Below, one piece after another: positions 1 through 9,248 of a stretch of DNA of 35,629 nucleotides. Within the stretch, counting starts at the first letter, position 1. Each line of letters begins with the position of its first letter. A program made the translations under genes and the position numbers. Origin of the DNA: Alphaproteobacteria bacterium MarineAlpha5_Bin3 (GTDB lineage: Bacteria > Pseudomonadota > Alphaproteobacteria > HIMB59 > GCA-002718135); contig PTLB01000002.1 in NCBI GenBank assembly GCA_002938255.1, positions 1 through 35,629 of the forward strand. The letters run 5' to 3'. Below the pieces are notes generated by a model, which saw nothing but the letters and a program-made list of their open reading frames with translations, had not been told where the DNA came from and did no database searches.

Positions 1-188
1 ATGAAAATACAATATATAAATATAATAAAAGTATTATTTTTCTATTGCTAAAATTTTTATAAATTTCATAGAATATAATTAAATAAATGATAAAAAATAA
101 AGGTCTAAAAAAATAATCATTGAATAAATAAATATAAAAAAATACAATTAATAAAAAAAAAGTTGATAATATTCTTATAATAAAATGA

Positions 189-863
189 TTATAATCCATA
201 ATTTCTATTCACCTTAGAAAATTTTAAAAGAATAGATTCTAGTTCATTGTGACTAAAATCTGGCCACAAAGTATTAGTAAAAAACAGCTCTGTATATGAT
301 AAATTTAAAAGAATAAAATTGCTTAACCTTTGATAACCTCCTGTTCGAATTAATATATCAGGATCAGGTATGTTTCCTAAGTACATAGAAGATCTAACTG
401 AATTTTTATTAATTTTTTTATTTTTATTTATTATAAAATTATTAACAATATATACTATCTCATCTAATGATCCATAATTAAAAACTATATTTAAATTAAT
501 AGTAGGATTTTTTTTCTTAATTAGGGATTTAAAAATATTTAAAATATCTTTTGGAATGTTTGTTTTTTCTCCAATAATATTAATATTGATAATATTATTT
601 TTTAATAATTCTTTTAAAAATTCTTTATGTTTATCTATAATTAAATTAAATATAATTTTTGATGAAGCTCTTTTAATATTTTCTGAAGAAAGTGCGTAAA
701 CTGTTAAATTTTTTATTTTTTTTTCAATACATTTATCTATAATGAACTTTAAATTATTTAGTCCAGCCAAATAGCCCTCAAGTTTATTTTTTTTATTTAT
801 TAAAGCCCATCGCTGATTGCCATCCATAATTAATGCAAGATGATTTACCTTATTAAGTGACAA
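189..863 (-). CDS. uppS: ditrans,polycis-undecaprenyl-diphosphate synthase
   Basis: 224-aa ORF. It has HLALIMDGNQRWA (cis-prenyltransferase IMDGNxRWA signature) and RTGGYQRLSNF...LWPDF near the C-terminus. The start reads TTG (rev-comp of caa 861-863), 1 nt after the frr stop. The order pyrH-frr-uppS is standard. Confidence 0.93.
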   Translation of the reverse strand: MSLNKVNHLALIMDGNQRWALINKKNKLEGYLAGLNNLKFIIDKCIEKKIKNLTVYALSSENIKRASSKIIFNLIIDKHKEFLKELLKNNIININIIGEKTNIPKDILNIFKSLIKKKNPTINLNIVFNYGSLDEIVYIVNNFIINKNKKINKNSVRSSMYLGNIPDPDILIRTGGYQRLSNFILLNLSYTELFFTNTLWPDFSHNELESILLKFSKVNRNYGL

Positions 864-864
864 A

Positions 865-1413
865 TTAAACTTGAGTTATTTCTTTTTGCTTTATTAAAAC
901 TATTGAGTCAATATTTTTAATAAATTCATCGGTAATTTGTTGTATTTCTGAAGAATTTTTTTTTAATTCATCTTGAGAAATTATTTTTTCTTTTTCATCA
1001 AATTTTAAATCATCTAAAGTATCTCTTCTAATATTTCTTATTGAAATTTTAGCATTTTCTCCATATTTAGAAACAATTTTAGATAATTCAAATCTTCTTT
1101 CTTCACTTAATTTAGGTATTGGTAGTCTTATTAAAGAACCGTCAGATTGAGGGTTAATTCCTAAATTTGATTTAATTATTGAATTTTCAATATATTTTAA
1201 AAGAGAGGTATCCCAAACTTGAATAGTTAAAGTATTAGGATCAGAAACATTAATATTTCCAAGCTGATTAATTGGTGTTTTAGTGCCATAAGCTTCCACC
1301 ATTAAATTATCCAACATAGTAGATGAAGCTCTCGCAGTTCTAACAGATAATAGTTCTTTTTCGAAATGTGATATAGCTTTGTCCATTCTTGATCTTAATG
1401 TATTACTATCCAT
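865..1413 (-). CDS. frr: ribosome recycling factor
   Basis: 182-aa ORF. RMDKAISHFEKELLSVRTARAS..MLDNLMVEAYG and overall length are typical of RRF. It sits between pyrH and uppS. Confidence 0.95.
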   Translation of the reverse strand: MDSNTLRSRMDKAISHFEKELLSVRTARASSTMLDNLMVEAYGTKTPINQLGNINVSDPNTLTIQVWDTSLLKYIENSIIKSNLGINPQSDGSLIRLPIPKLSEERRFELSKIVSKYGENAKISIRNIRRDTLDDLKFDEKEKIISQDELKKNSSEIQQITDEFIKNIDSIVLIKQKEITQV

Positions 1414-1421
1414 ACCTCTTT

Positions 1422-2129
1422 TTAACTAATTTTACTAAATTTTCCTATACCTTTAATTGATTCCAATATTGAATTTTTTCTATTTATGTTAGTAATTAAT
1501 ATGGGTATTTGAGATTCTTTTGCTAGGCTTATAGCTGTACTGTCCATTACTTTTAAGTTTTTATTTAAAACTTCATCGTATGAAATATTTTTATAATGTT
1601 TTGCTTTAGTATTATTAACAGGATCTTCATCATATATGCCGTCAACTTTAGTTGCCTTAATTATAAGTGAACAATTCATTTCAGAAGCTCTTAAAGAGGC
1701 AGCTGTATCAGTAGAAAAAAATGGATTGCCAGTTCCAGCAGCAAAAATAACAATTCTATTTTTTTCTAAGTGCCTTACTGCTTTTCTTCTAATATATGGT
1801 TCGGCGATTTGAGACATATTAATTGCCGACTGAACTCTTGTAGGCACTCCAATAGTTTCCAGTATACTTTGCATAGATAAAGCATTCATTATTGTTGCTA
1901 ACATCCCCATATAATCTGAAGTTGATCTATCTATGCCTTCTGCTGCGCCTCTAATTCCTCTAAAAATATTGCCTCCTCCAATTATTAAGCAAATTTCAAT
2001 ATTGGAATTAAAAATTTTTTTTATTTCATTGGCAATAAATTTTGTTGTAGAAACATTTAAACCATAATTAGAGTCACCCATTAATGACTCTCCTGATATT
2101 TTTAATAATATTCTTTTTTTTTCTTTCAT
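1422..2129 (-). CDS. pyrH: UMP kinase
   Basis: 235-aa ORF. It has the RILLKISGESL N-terminus plus GGGNIFRG and FAAGTGNPFFSTDTAA amino-acid-kinase motifs. Its start overlaps the tsf stop as TAATG. Confidence 0.95.
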   Translation of the reverse strand: MKEKKRILLKISGESLMGDSNYGLNVSTTKFIANEIKKIFNSNIEICLIIGGGNIFRGIRGAAEGIDRSTSDYMGMLATIMNALSMQSILETIGVPTRVQSAINMSQIAEPYIRRKAVRHLEKNRIVIFAAGTGNPFFSTDTAASLRASEMNCSLIIKATKVDGIYDEDPVNNTKAKHYKNISYDEVLNKNLKVMDSTAISLAKESQIPILITNINRKNSILESIKGIGKFSKIS

Positions 2130-2995
2130 TAAGAATTAAGAACAATCAATTTATAATCAATAATTTCAAAATTATTTCTTTTTGAAAATTCAGTAATTAT
2201 TTGTTTCACTGTTTTATCTAAATCTAAAATATATGGTTGTTCCAATAATACTGAATCCGAGTAAAATTTTTTCATTTTTCCTTCTAATATCTTTTCTAAA
2301 ATATTATTCGGTTTTCCACTAGATTTAATTGTTTCTATTTGTATTTCTCTTTCTTTTTTAATTAAATTTTTATTTAATTTTTCAATACTCAAAGCAAAAG
2401 GTTTACTTGCAGCTATGTGCATACATAGATTTTTTCCTAAAATTTTTGATTCTTCATCTATTTCATTTATTTTTGATTTCAAAACCACTGCTATTTTTCC
2501 AATATTTTTTTTATATGCATTATGAATATAAGTGGAAATCATACAGCCATCATTATTTGGAACTATGATTAATTGACTTAATATTATATTTTCACCAATT
2601 TTAGTAATTATATCTGTAAAATATTCACTTATGATTTTATTTCGAAATGAAAGTTTAAGAAAACTTTCGAGGGATATATTGATATTATCAACTACTAATG
2701 CAAATCCACCAATTTCATTCATAAAATTTAGAAAAACCTCATTTTTAGCTGCAAAATCTGTTTCTGTGTTAATTTGAATTAACACTGTTTTTGCTTCATT
2801 TGAATATAATCCAATAGCTCCCTCATTTGTTTGTCTTGAAGATTTTTTGTTAGCTTTTACCAAACCTTTTTTTCTTAAATAAACAATAGACTTTTCAATA
2901 CTTTGATCGTTTGCTTCAAGTGCTTTTTTACAATCCAAAAAACCTGCCCCTGTCATATCTCTAAGATTCTTAACATTAACCATTATATTATTCAT
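2129..2995 (-). CDS. tsf: translation elongation factor Ts
   Basis: 288-aa ORF. N-terminal VKNLRDMTGAGFLDCKKALE is the EF-Ts UBA-like signature. An AGGAGA motif lies upstream of the first ATG, and the gene is immediately downstream of rpsB. Confidence 0.95.
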   Translation of the reverse strand: MNNIMVNVKNLRDMTGAGFLDCKKALEANDQSIEKSIVYLRKKGLVKANKKSSRQTNEGAIGLYSNEAKTVLIQINTETDFAAKNEVFLNFMNEIGGFALVVDNINISLESFLKLSFRNKIISEYFTDIITKIGENIILSQLIIVPNNDGCMISTYIHNAYKKNIGKIAVVLKSKINEIDEESKILGKNLCMHIAASKPFALSIEKLNKNLIKKEREIQIETIKSSGKPNNILEKILEGKMKKFYSDSVLLEQPYILDLDKTVKQIITEFSKRNNFEIIDYKLIVLNS

Positions 2996-3022
2996 GAATA
3001 TCTATCTCCTATAGATTAATAG

Positions 3023-3805
3023 TTATTTAGAGCTTGTTGCAAGCTTTGCAGGCATTTCTTTTGTTTCAGTATCAATTTTATTATTCTTATTTTTTTCTAA
3101 TTCAAAATCTTTTGAAACTTCTTTAGCATCGGACAATGTTTCTCTAAAAAAATTTGCATATATATTTATAGATCTAATAGCATCATCATTGCCTGGAATA
3201 ACAAAATCAATAGGTTCAGGATTAGAATTAGAATCAGATATTGCAATAATTGGAATAGAAAGTTTTTTAGCTTCTAAAACGGCTAATTTATCTTTAACAA
3301 TATCAAAAATTACTAAAAGATCGGGTTTACCTCCTAGGTTTCGTATACCTCCAATATTGGATAACAATTTATCTTTCTCTCTAGATAAATTTAATAATTC
3401 TTTTTTTGAAAGATTTTGAGTTGAAATATTTTCACTCAAAATTAATTCTAATTCATCTAAGCGATTTATTGATTTGGAAATAGTTTTCCAATTTGTAAGT
3501 GTGCCACCTAACCATCTTTTATTTACATAAAACTGGTTATGCTCAAGAGCGATTTCTTTTATAATGGATGAACATTGTTTTTTTGTTCCAACAAATAATA
3601 CTTTACCAGATTTTGAAGCAACTTCGTGTAATTTTACTAAAGCTGAATTAATTAAAGGTAAGGTTATTCTTAAATCAAAGACATGAATATTGTTTCGTAC
3701 TCCAAAAATATATTGTTCCATTTTTGGATTCCATCTTCTAACATTATGCCCAAAATGCACTCCCGCTTCTAGTAACTGCTCAATTGTAACTTCAGGTAAA
3801 TTCAT
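3023..3805 (-). CDS. rpsB: 30S ribosomal protein S2
   Basis: 260-aa ORF with the [19 protein letters not shown] signature. A GGAG Shine-Dalgarno lies about 7 nt upstream of the ATG. Confidence 0.96.
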   Translation of the reverse strand: MNLPEVTIEQLLEAGVHFGHNVRRWNPKMEQYIFGVRNNIHVFDLRITLPLINSALVKLHEVASKSGKVLFVGTKKQCSSIIKEIALEHNQFYVNKRWLGGTLTNWKTISKSINRLDELELILSENISTQNLSKKELLNLSREKDKLLSNIGGIRNLGGKPDLLVIFDIVKDKLAVLEAKKLSIPIIAISDSNSNPEPIDFVIPGNDDAIRSINIYANFFRETLSDAKEVSKDFELEKNKNNKIDTETKEMPAKLATSSK

Positions 3806-3890
3806 TATTGACTCCGGTTACACCTCCACAGAAACAAAAACACCGGTTTTTTCTGTGTGCTAGTATTTAATTAAAATTCCAAATACTAAA
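3806..3890 (-). promoter_or_regulatory. structured 5' leader of rpsB-tsf (two hairpins plus possible loop-to-RBS pairing)
   Basis: Minus strand reads AGTATTT-N12-AAATACT (3862-3887). This is followed by CACAGAAA-AAACCGGTGTTTTTG-TTTCTGTG (3827-3857), then GAGGTGTAACCGGAGTCAATAATG. The loop CCGGT (3842-3847) can pair with ACCGG (3814-3819), which abuts the GGAG RBS. The segment is a locally GC-rich island in an otherwise AT-rich spacer. Confidence 0.35.
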
Positions 3891-3914
3891 TAATAATTTG
3901 AATTTCAAGAAAAA

Positions 3915-6900
3915 TTATACAATTTCCAAAGAATAATCAATTTTTTTAGCATCAAGCAATTTGTCAAGATATTTATAAGAAATTACCTCAAATTTATCAG
4001 AAAAATCAAAAGATATCAGTTTATTATCCTTATCAATGTAAAGATATAATTTTTCATTCTTACGGTTAGATTTTTTAAATAATTTTTCTAAAAGGTCAAT
4101 TTCAAAATATTGCTGTAAATATATATTAATAATTTTTTTTTGATTAGAAAAAGTTTGTTCAAAATCTTCAATTTTTCTAATAATTAATCTCATATTCTCA
4201 ATATCTCTAGAAATATCAATATGAAATAATAAAAGATTACCTTCTTTGATAAGGTTTCTAAAATCATTTAATTTATCACTAAATATAGTTAATTCAATTT
4301 GAGACTCTAAGGTTGAAACTGTTAAAAAAGCATATTTTCTACCCTCCTTGTTTGATCTCTCTTTAATGTCAAGAATTGAACCAACAATTTTTGCAGACTT
4401 TATATCTTCATTTAATTTGATTTGATTCCATTCAATTATATTATTACGTCGAAAATAATTCTTTGGATATAATGATACTGGATGACTAGAAAAATAAAAC
4501 CCTATTACTTCTAGTTCATTTTTTAGTAAAAAACCCGAAGACCAATCATCAATTTGTTGATCAAATAAATTACTATCATCAAAAGAAAGTTTGTTTTCTT
4601 CAAAAAGCATTGCTTGATTTTGATCTTTAAAATTAGATCCTCCATAAATTTCTACAAATTTTGGAACATTATAGAAGAGTTTAGCTCTATTAGTTTCAAT
4701 AGAATCAAAAGAGCCTGCCTGCACTAGTTTTTCTAATTGCCTTTTATTAATTACATCTCCTTTTAATCTGTTCATAAAATCAATTATATCAATAAATTTT
4801 CCATTATTTTCTCTTTCTTTAACTAAATTAGACATTGATTTAATTCCAACTCCTTTGATTGCACCCAAACCAAAACGAATAGATTTCAATCCATTATTTT
4901 CTTCTATAGAAAACTTTGCTTGTGAATGATTAATATCGGGTTTTTTAAATTCTATATTTAAACTAGATAATTCTTTGTTTAGTAAGATAATTCGATCTGT
5001 TCTATCAATGGAATAATTGAATGTTGCTGTCATAAATTCATAAGGAAAATTTGTTTTTAAATAAGCTGTTTGATAAGCCAATAGTGCATATCCAGCTGCA
5101 TGACTTTTATTAAAACCATAACCTGCAAACTTATTAACTAAATCAAATATTTTTGAAGCTTCATTTATGCTAATTTTATTACTTTTAGCCCCTTCTATAA
5201 AACGATTTTTCTGTGCATCCATCTCTTTCTGAATTTTTTTCCCCATTGCGCGTCTCAATAAATCAGCTTCACCTAAAGTATAATTAGATAAAACTTGTGC
5301 AATTTGCATAACTTGTTCTTGGTAAACAATAATGCCATAAGTTTCTTCTAAAACTTTTTCTAATAATGGATGCAAATATTCAATTTTTTCCTTTCCATGT
5401 TTTCTATTACAAAAAGAGGGTATATGATCCATTGGACCAGGCCTAAACAAGGCTACAACAGCAATGATTTCTTCAAATTTATCAGGTTGTAGTTGTCTTA
5501 GAACACTCCCCATGCCATTACTTTCTAATTGAAATATACCAATAGCTTCTCCTTTACTTAACTGCTGAAATGTTTTCTTGTCATCCATGGGTATGTGTTT
5601 TAAGTCAAAGTTTGAATGGTTTTCTTTTATTAATTTAATTGAATCTTGAATAATTGATAATGTAGTCAATCCTAAAAAATCAAACTTAATCAAACCTGCT
5701 TTTTCAACGTATTTCATAGAAAATTGTGTTGCATTAACTGAGGTATTTGGATCTTTGTAAAGTGGGACATTATTAATAATACTTGAATCACCAATAACTA
5801 CACCAGCTGCATGGGTTGACGCATGTCGATGTAAACCTTCTAGTTTTAAACTTATATCAACTACATTTGATAATCGTTCATCACTTGCAACCATTTCTTT
5901 TAAATTTTTATCGGAATTTATAGATTCATCTAATGACAACGGATTAGCTGGATTGTATGGAAAAAGTTTAGCAAATTGATCAATTTCTGAATAAGGTATT
6001 TCCAAAACTCTACCAACATCTCTAATGGCGGCTCTCGATGCCAAAGTTCCAAATGTAATAATGTGTGCTACACACTCTTTTCCGTACTTATTGTTGACAT
6101 ATTCAATCACTTCATCTCTTCTATTTTGGCAAAAATCAATATCAAAATCTGGCATTGACACTCTCTCAGGATTAAGAAATCGCTCAAAAAGTAAGCCATA
6201 CTGAAGTGGATCAAGATCTGTAATTGATAACGACCAAGCAACAACACTGCCTGCTCCTGATCCTCTACCAGGTCCAACAGCAATTTCTTTATTTTTTGCC
6301 CAATTAACAAAATCTGCAACTATAAGAAAATATCCAGCAAATCCCATGTTATTTATGATCTCTAACTCATAATTTAATCTTTCTTGATAAATTGAAGGAG
6401 AGTTAATATTCATTTCTTGTAATCTTAGTAACAAACCTTCTTTAGATTTTAGATTTAAAAGCTCAGATTCTGAAAGGTTTTGATCACTTGAAAATTTAGG
6501 AAGTTTTGGCAAAATCTCTTTAGGATAATAATTACATTTTAAAGCAATACGAAAATTATTTTCAATAATTTCAGGGATGTCTTCAAAAATATTAATCATT
6601 TGCTCAGAAGTTTTAAAATAAATTTCCGAATTTGAAACTTTCCTATTTGTTTGATTAATTGTCAATTTTTGAGCTATACACAAAAGAACATCATGGGCAT
6701 TATAATCATTTTCATTTTCATATTTAATATTATTTGATCCAATTATTGGTATTGTAAAATTTTGTGAATATTCTAGAAATTCTTTTTCAAATCCATCAAT
6801 TTTTGGATCTTGAACTCTTTGAATTTCAAACAAAAAATCTTGACCAAACATATTTCGAAAATTATTAATAAAAACACTTATTTCTTCAATTTTATTTTGA

Positions 6901-7322
6901 TGTTTTAAAATAAGTAATGGATTATACTCGCCTCCAATATAACAAATTAAGCCATTATTATATTTTTTTAAATCTTTATGATAAACACCAATAGGGTTAT
7001 TTCCTGATGTATGAGAAATGGATGAAAGATATAAAAGATTTTTATAACCTTCTTCGTTCATCACTAAAAAATTTAATTGTGATGGATGCTCTTTAGTTTG
7101 AATATCTAAATAATTAATTGAGGTTCCAATAATTGGTTGGATGCTATTATTGATACACGCAATAGAAAACTCCAATATTCCAAACATATTATTGTTATCA
7201 GTTAAAGCTATTGCAGGCATATTATTTTTTTTTGCCAGATTAACTAATTTTTCAATTTTTAAAGCACCTTCTGAAAGTGAATAAGATGATTGGGAACGTA
7301 AATGAATAAATGGATATTGCAT
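3915..7322 (-). CDS. dnaE: DNA polymerase III alpha subunit
   Basis: 1135-aa ORF with an N-terminal PHP domain (FIHLRSQSSYSLSEGA) and polymerase core motifs (PDFDIDF, GLIKFDFLGL, GYGFNKSHAA). The length is canonical. Confidence 0.96.
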   Translation of the reverse strand: MQYPFIHLRSQSSYSLSEGALKIEKLVNLAKKNNMPAIALTDNNNMFGILEFSIACINNSIQPIIGTSINYLDIQTKEHPSQLNFLVMNEEGYKNLLYLSSISHTSGNNPIGVYHKDLKKYNNGLICYIGGEYNPLLILKHQNKIEEISVFINNFRNMFGQDFLFEIQRVQDPKIDGFEKEFLEYSQNFTIPIIGSNNIKYENENDYNAHDVLLCIAQKLTINQTNRKVSNSEIYFKTSEQMINIFEDIPEIIENNFRIALKCNYYPKEILPKLPKFSSDQNLSESELLNLKSKEGLLLRLQEMNINSPSIYQERLNYELEIINNMGFAGYFLIVADFVNWAKNKEIAVGPGRGSGAGSVVAWSLSITDLDPLQYGLLFERFLNPERVSMPDFDIDFCQNRRDEVIEYVNNKYGKECVAHIITFGTLASRAAIRDVGRVLEIPYSEIDQFAKLFPYNPANPLSLDESINSDKNLKEMVASDERLSNVVDISLKLEGLHRHASTHAAGVVIGDSSIINNVPLYKDPNTSVNATQFSMKYVEKAGLIKFDFLGLTTLSIIQDSIKLIKENHSNFDLKHIPMDDKKTFQQLSKGEAIGIFQLESNGMGSVLRQLQPDKFEEIIAVVALFRPGPMDHIPSFCNRKHGKEKIEYLHPLLEKVLEETYGIIVYQEQVMQIAQVLSNYTLGEADLLRRAMGKKIQKEMDAQKNRFIEGAKSNKISINEASKIFDLVNKFAGYGFNKSHAAGYALLAYQTAYLKTNFPYEFMTATFNYSIDRTDRIILLNKELSSLNIEFKKPDINHSQAKFSIEENNGLKSIRFGLGAIKGVGIKSMSNLVKERENNGKFIDIIDFMNRLKGDVINKRQLEKLVQAGSFDSIETNRAKLFYNVPKFVEIYGGSNFKDQNQAMLFEENKLSFDDSNLFDQQIDDWSSGFLLKNELEVIGFYFSSHPVSLYPKNYFRRNNIIEWNQIKLNEDIKSAKIVGSILDIKERSNKEGRKYAFLTVSTLESQIELTIFSDKLNDFRNLIKEGNLLLFHIDISRDIENMRLIIRKIEDFEQTFSNQKKIINIYLQQYFEIDLLEKLFKKSNRKNEKLYLYIDKDNKLISFDFSDKFEVISYKYLDKLLDAKKIDYSLEIV

Positions 7323-8002
7323 TAAATTTGCTTTAATTTTTGATTAAGAATTTGATATTTCATATTAGCTTGCTTAGCATAATGGTTATTGTGAGTGACA
7401 TAAATAAGGGATTGATTATTAATTCTAACTTGTTCTAAAAAAAAATTAAATATTGAGTCTGATATCTTTTCATCCAAATTACCTGTCATTTCATCAGCAA
7501 TAATAATGCTTGGTTTGTTTATGAGGGCTCTCGCTATAGCAACACGCTGTTGCTCTCCACCTGATAGGTTATGAGGTTTGGAAAGGATTTTATCCTGTAA
7601 GTCAAAATTTGTAAGAATTGATTTAGCTTTTTTTACTGAATCTGCTACTTTGTTACATTGTATTAAATTAGGAAGAGTTACATTTTCTAAAACATTTAAT
7701 TCAGGTATTAAATGAAAAAATTGATGGACAAAACCAATTGAATTATTTCGAATAATGTTTTTTTGGTCGTTGGATGTATATTTTATATTTTTATCTAAAA
7801 AATCATATTGCCCTTTAAATGATGAATCCAACAATCCCAAAATATTCAAAAAAGTTGACTTTCCAGAACCAGAGGGACCTACTATCGAAACAATATCTCC
7901 TTGGTATAATTTAAAAGATATATCTTTTAATATTACAACACTATTATTATTTGAAGTATATTCCTTTGATAAATTATAAATTGAAATAATATTTTTAGTC
8001 AT
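7322..8002 (-). CDS. lolD: lipoprotein-releasing ABC transporter, ATP-binding subunit
   Basis: 226-aa ORF with Walker A GPSGSGKST, ABC signature LSGGEQQRVAIARAL and Walker B IIIADE. It overlaps the upstream FtsX-type permease gene by 8 nt. Confidence 0.85.
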   Translation of the reverse strand: MTKNIISIYNLSKEYTSNNNSVVILKDISFKLYQGDIVSIVGPSGSGKSTFLNILGLLDSSFKGQYDFLDKNIKYTSNDQKNIIRNNSIGFVHQFFHLIPELNVLENVTLPNLIQCNKVADSVKKAKSILTNFDLQDKILSKPHNLSGGEQQRVAIARALINKPSIIIADEMTGNLDEKISDSIFNFFLEQVRINNQSLIYVTHNNHYAKQANMKYQILNQKLKQI

Positions 8003-9248
8003 TTTTCAATGATTTAATTGGGTCAACTTTCATAGATCTATAAGCTGGAATTGTTGTTGCTATTAAGCAAATGATAATTGATATAATTAGGACATAAAAA
8101 ACTTCCAGATTGTCAACCCTGGAAGGAAGATTGGATAAATAGTAAATTTCTTTAGCAAATAAATCAGTATGCAATATATTTTCAATAAAAAACTGAATAG
8201 ATTTGATATTTAATGAAAAAATTACCCCAACTAATCCTCCAAATATTGTTCCGATTAATCCAATTATCAATCCTATTGATAAAAAAATCTTAATCAGACT
8301 TTTGTTGCTTAAGCCAATTGTTTTCAAAATCCCTATGTCTTTATTTTTTTCTTTTACAAAAATTATTAAACCTGAAATTATATTCATAGAAGCTACTAAA
8401 ATAATCAAAGTAAGTATAAGAAACATTACATTCTTTTCTACATTTAATGCATTAATCAATGTCGAGTTATTTTCTTTCCATGATGAAGTATATAATCTAA
8501 AATTATTAGCGATAATTCTTCTATTAACTTTATCCTGGATAATTTCAATATTATTGGGTGATTGTGTGAATATTTCTATTAGGTTAAAGTTTTGATCTTC
8601 AAGTACTAGTAATTTCCTCGCAATACTTATATTTGAAAATACAAAACTTGAATCATATTCGTACATGCCTAAATTAAGAATACCTGATACTGTTAAAGTT
8701 TTAAAACGAGGAATATTTCCAAAAATAGTATTATCAGTTTTAGGGATAGCAATTTTAATTTCATCACCAACTGATAATCCGAACTTGTTTGCTAATACAT
8801 AGCCAATAACAATATCGTTTATATTGTTTCCAAATAATTTACCTTCTACAATGTTCTTTTTAAGAAAATGTAAGTCATCTAAATATTCATTATCATAACC
8901 TCTTAAAAATACACCTTTTGAGAATTCGTTGCTTATTACTAAAGCCTGAGTTTGAATTAAGGGAATTAATTGATTGTCAGAAAAATCAGATTTAATGATA
9001 TTGACTTCTTCTTTAGTTATTTGTCCTGAATTACTGTAAATATTTAAATGTCCATTAATACCCAACAATCTTGAAATTAATTCTTCTCTAAAACCGTTCA
9101 TTACAGCCATCACTATAATAATTGCGGCAACACCGATTGCAATGCCTATGATTGAAAACCAAGAAAAAATAGAGATAAACCCATCCGTTTTTTTAGAAAA
9201 AAGAAAACGTTTAATTAATAATATTTCATAGGATGAGAACAACATCAA
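7995..9248 (-). CDS. lolC: lipoprotein-releasing system permease (LolC/LolE family, FtsX/MacB-type)
   Basis: 417-aa ORF with an N-terminal TM helix, a large periplasmic loop and a C-terminal 3-TM FtsX bundle. It is translationally coupled to lolD. Only one permease gene is present, so assigning it to C rather than E is not resolvable by eye. Confidence 0.8.
   Translation of the reverse strand: MMLFSSYEILLIKRFLFSKKTDGFISIFSWFSIIGIAIGVAAIIIVMAVMNGFREELISRLLGINGHLNIYSNSGQITKEEVNIIKSDFSDNQLIPLIQTQALVISNEFSKGVFLRGYDNEYLDDLHFLKKNIVEGKLFGNNINDIVIGYVLANKFGLSVGDEIKIAIPKTDNTIFGNIPRFKTLTVSGILNLGMYEYDSSFVFSNISIARKLLVLEDQNFNLIEIFTQSPNNIEIIQDKVNRRIIANNFRLYTSSWKENNSTLINALNVEKNVMFLILTLIILVASMNIISGLIIFVKEKNKDIGILKTIGLSNKSLIKIFLSIGLIIGLIGTIFGGLVGVIFSLNIKSIQFFIENILHTDLFAKEIYYLSNLPSRVDNLEVFYVLIISIIICLIATTIPAYRSMKVDPIKSLKND

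Noticed and set aside
3827-3857. The hairpin in the dnaE-rpsB spacer read as a dnaE rho-independent terminator.
   Set aside because: On the transcribed (minus) strand the stem is followed by GAGGTGTAACC, not a U-tract. A leader or RBS-occluding role fits better.
6107-6319. Same-strand alternative-frame ORFs inside dnaE (6107-6319) and nuoL (17282-17497, 17726-17980).
   Set aside because: They are embedded out of frame in long conserved genes, are short and have odd composition. There is no evidence for overlapping genes.
8203-8595. 130-aa plus-strand ORF. The same applies to the other plus-strand ORFs: 3189-3419, 7755-7979, 9604-9843, 11345-11542, 12583-12780, 16558-16761, 18561-18776, 20334-20603, 20898-21083, 21487-21702, 22293-22508, 23699-23896, 28264-28545, 29218-29553, 30190-30423, 30805-31005, 32617-32823 and 33656-33988.
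   Set aside because: All are antisense shadows inside strongly supported minus-strand genes. None has recognisable motifs or an upstream RBS.
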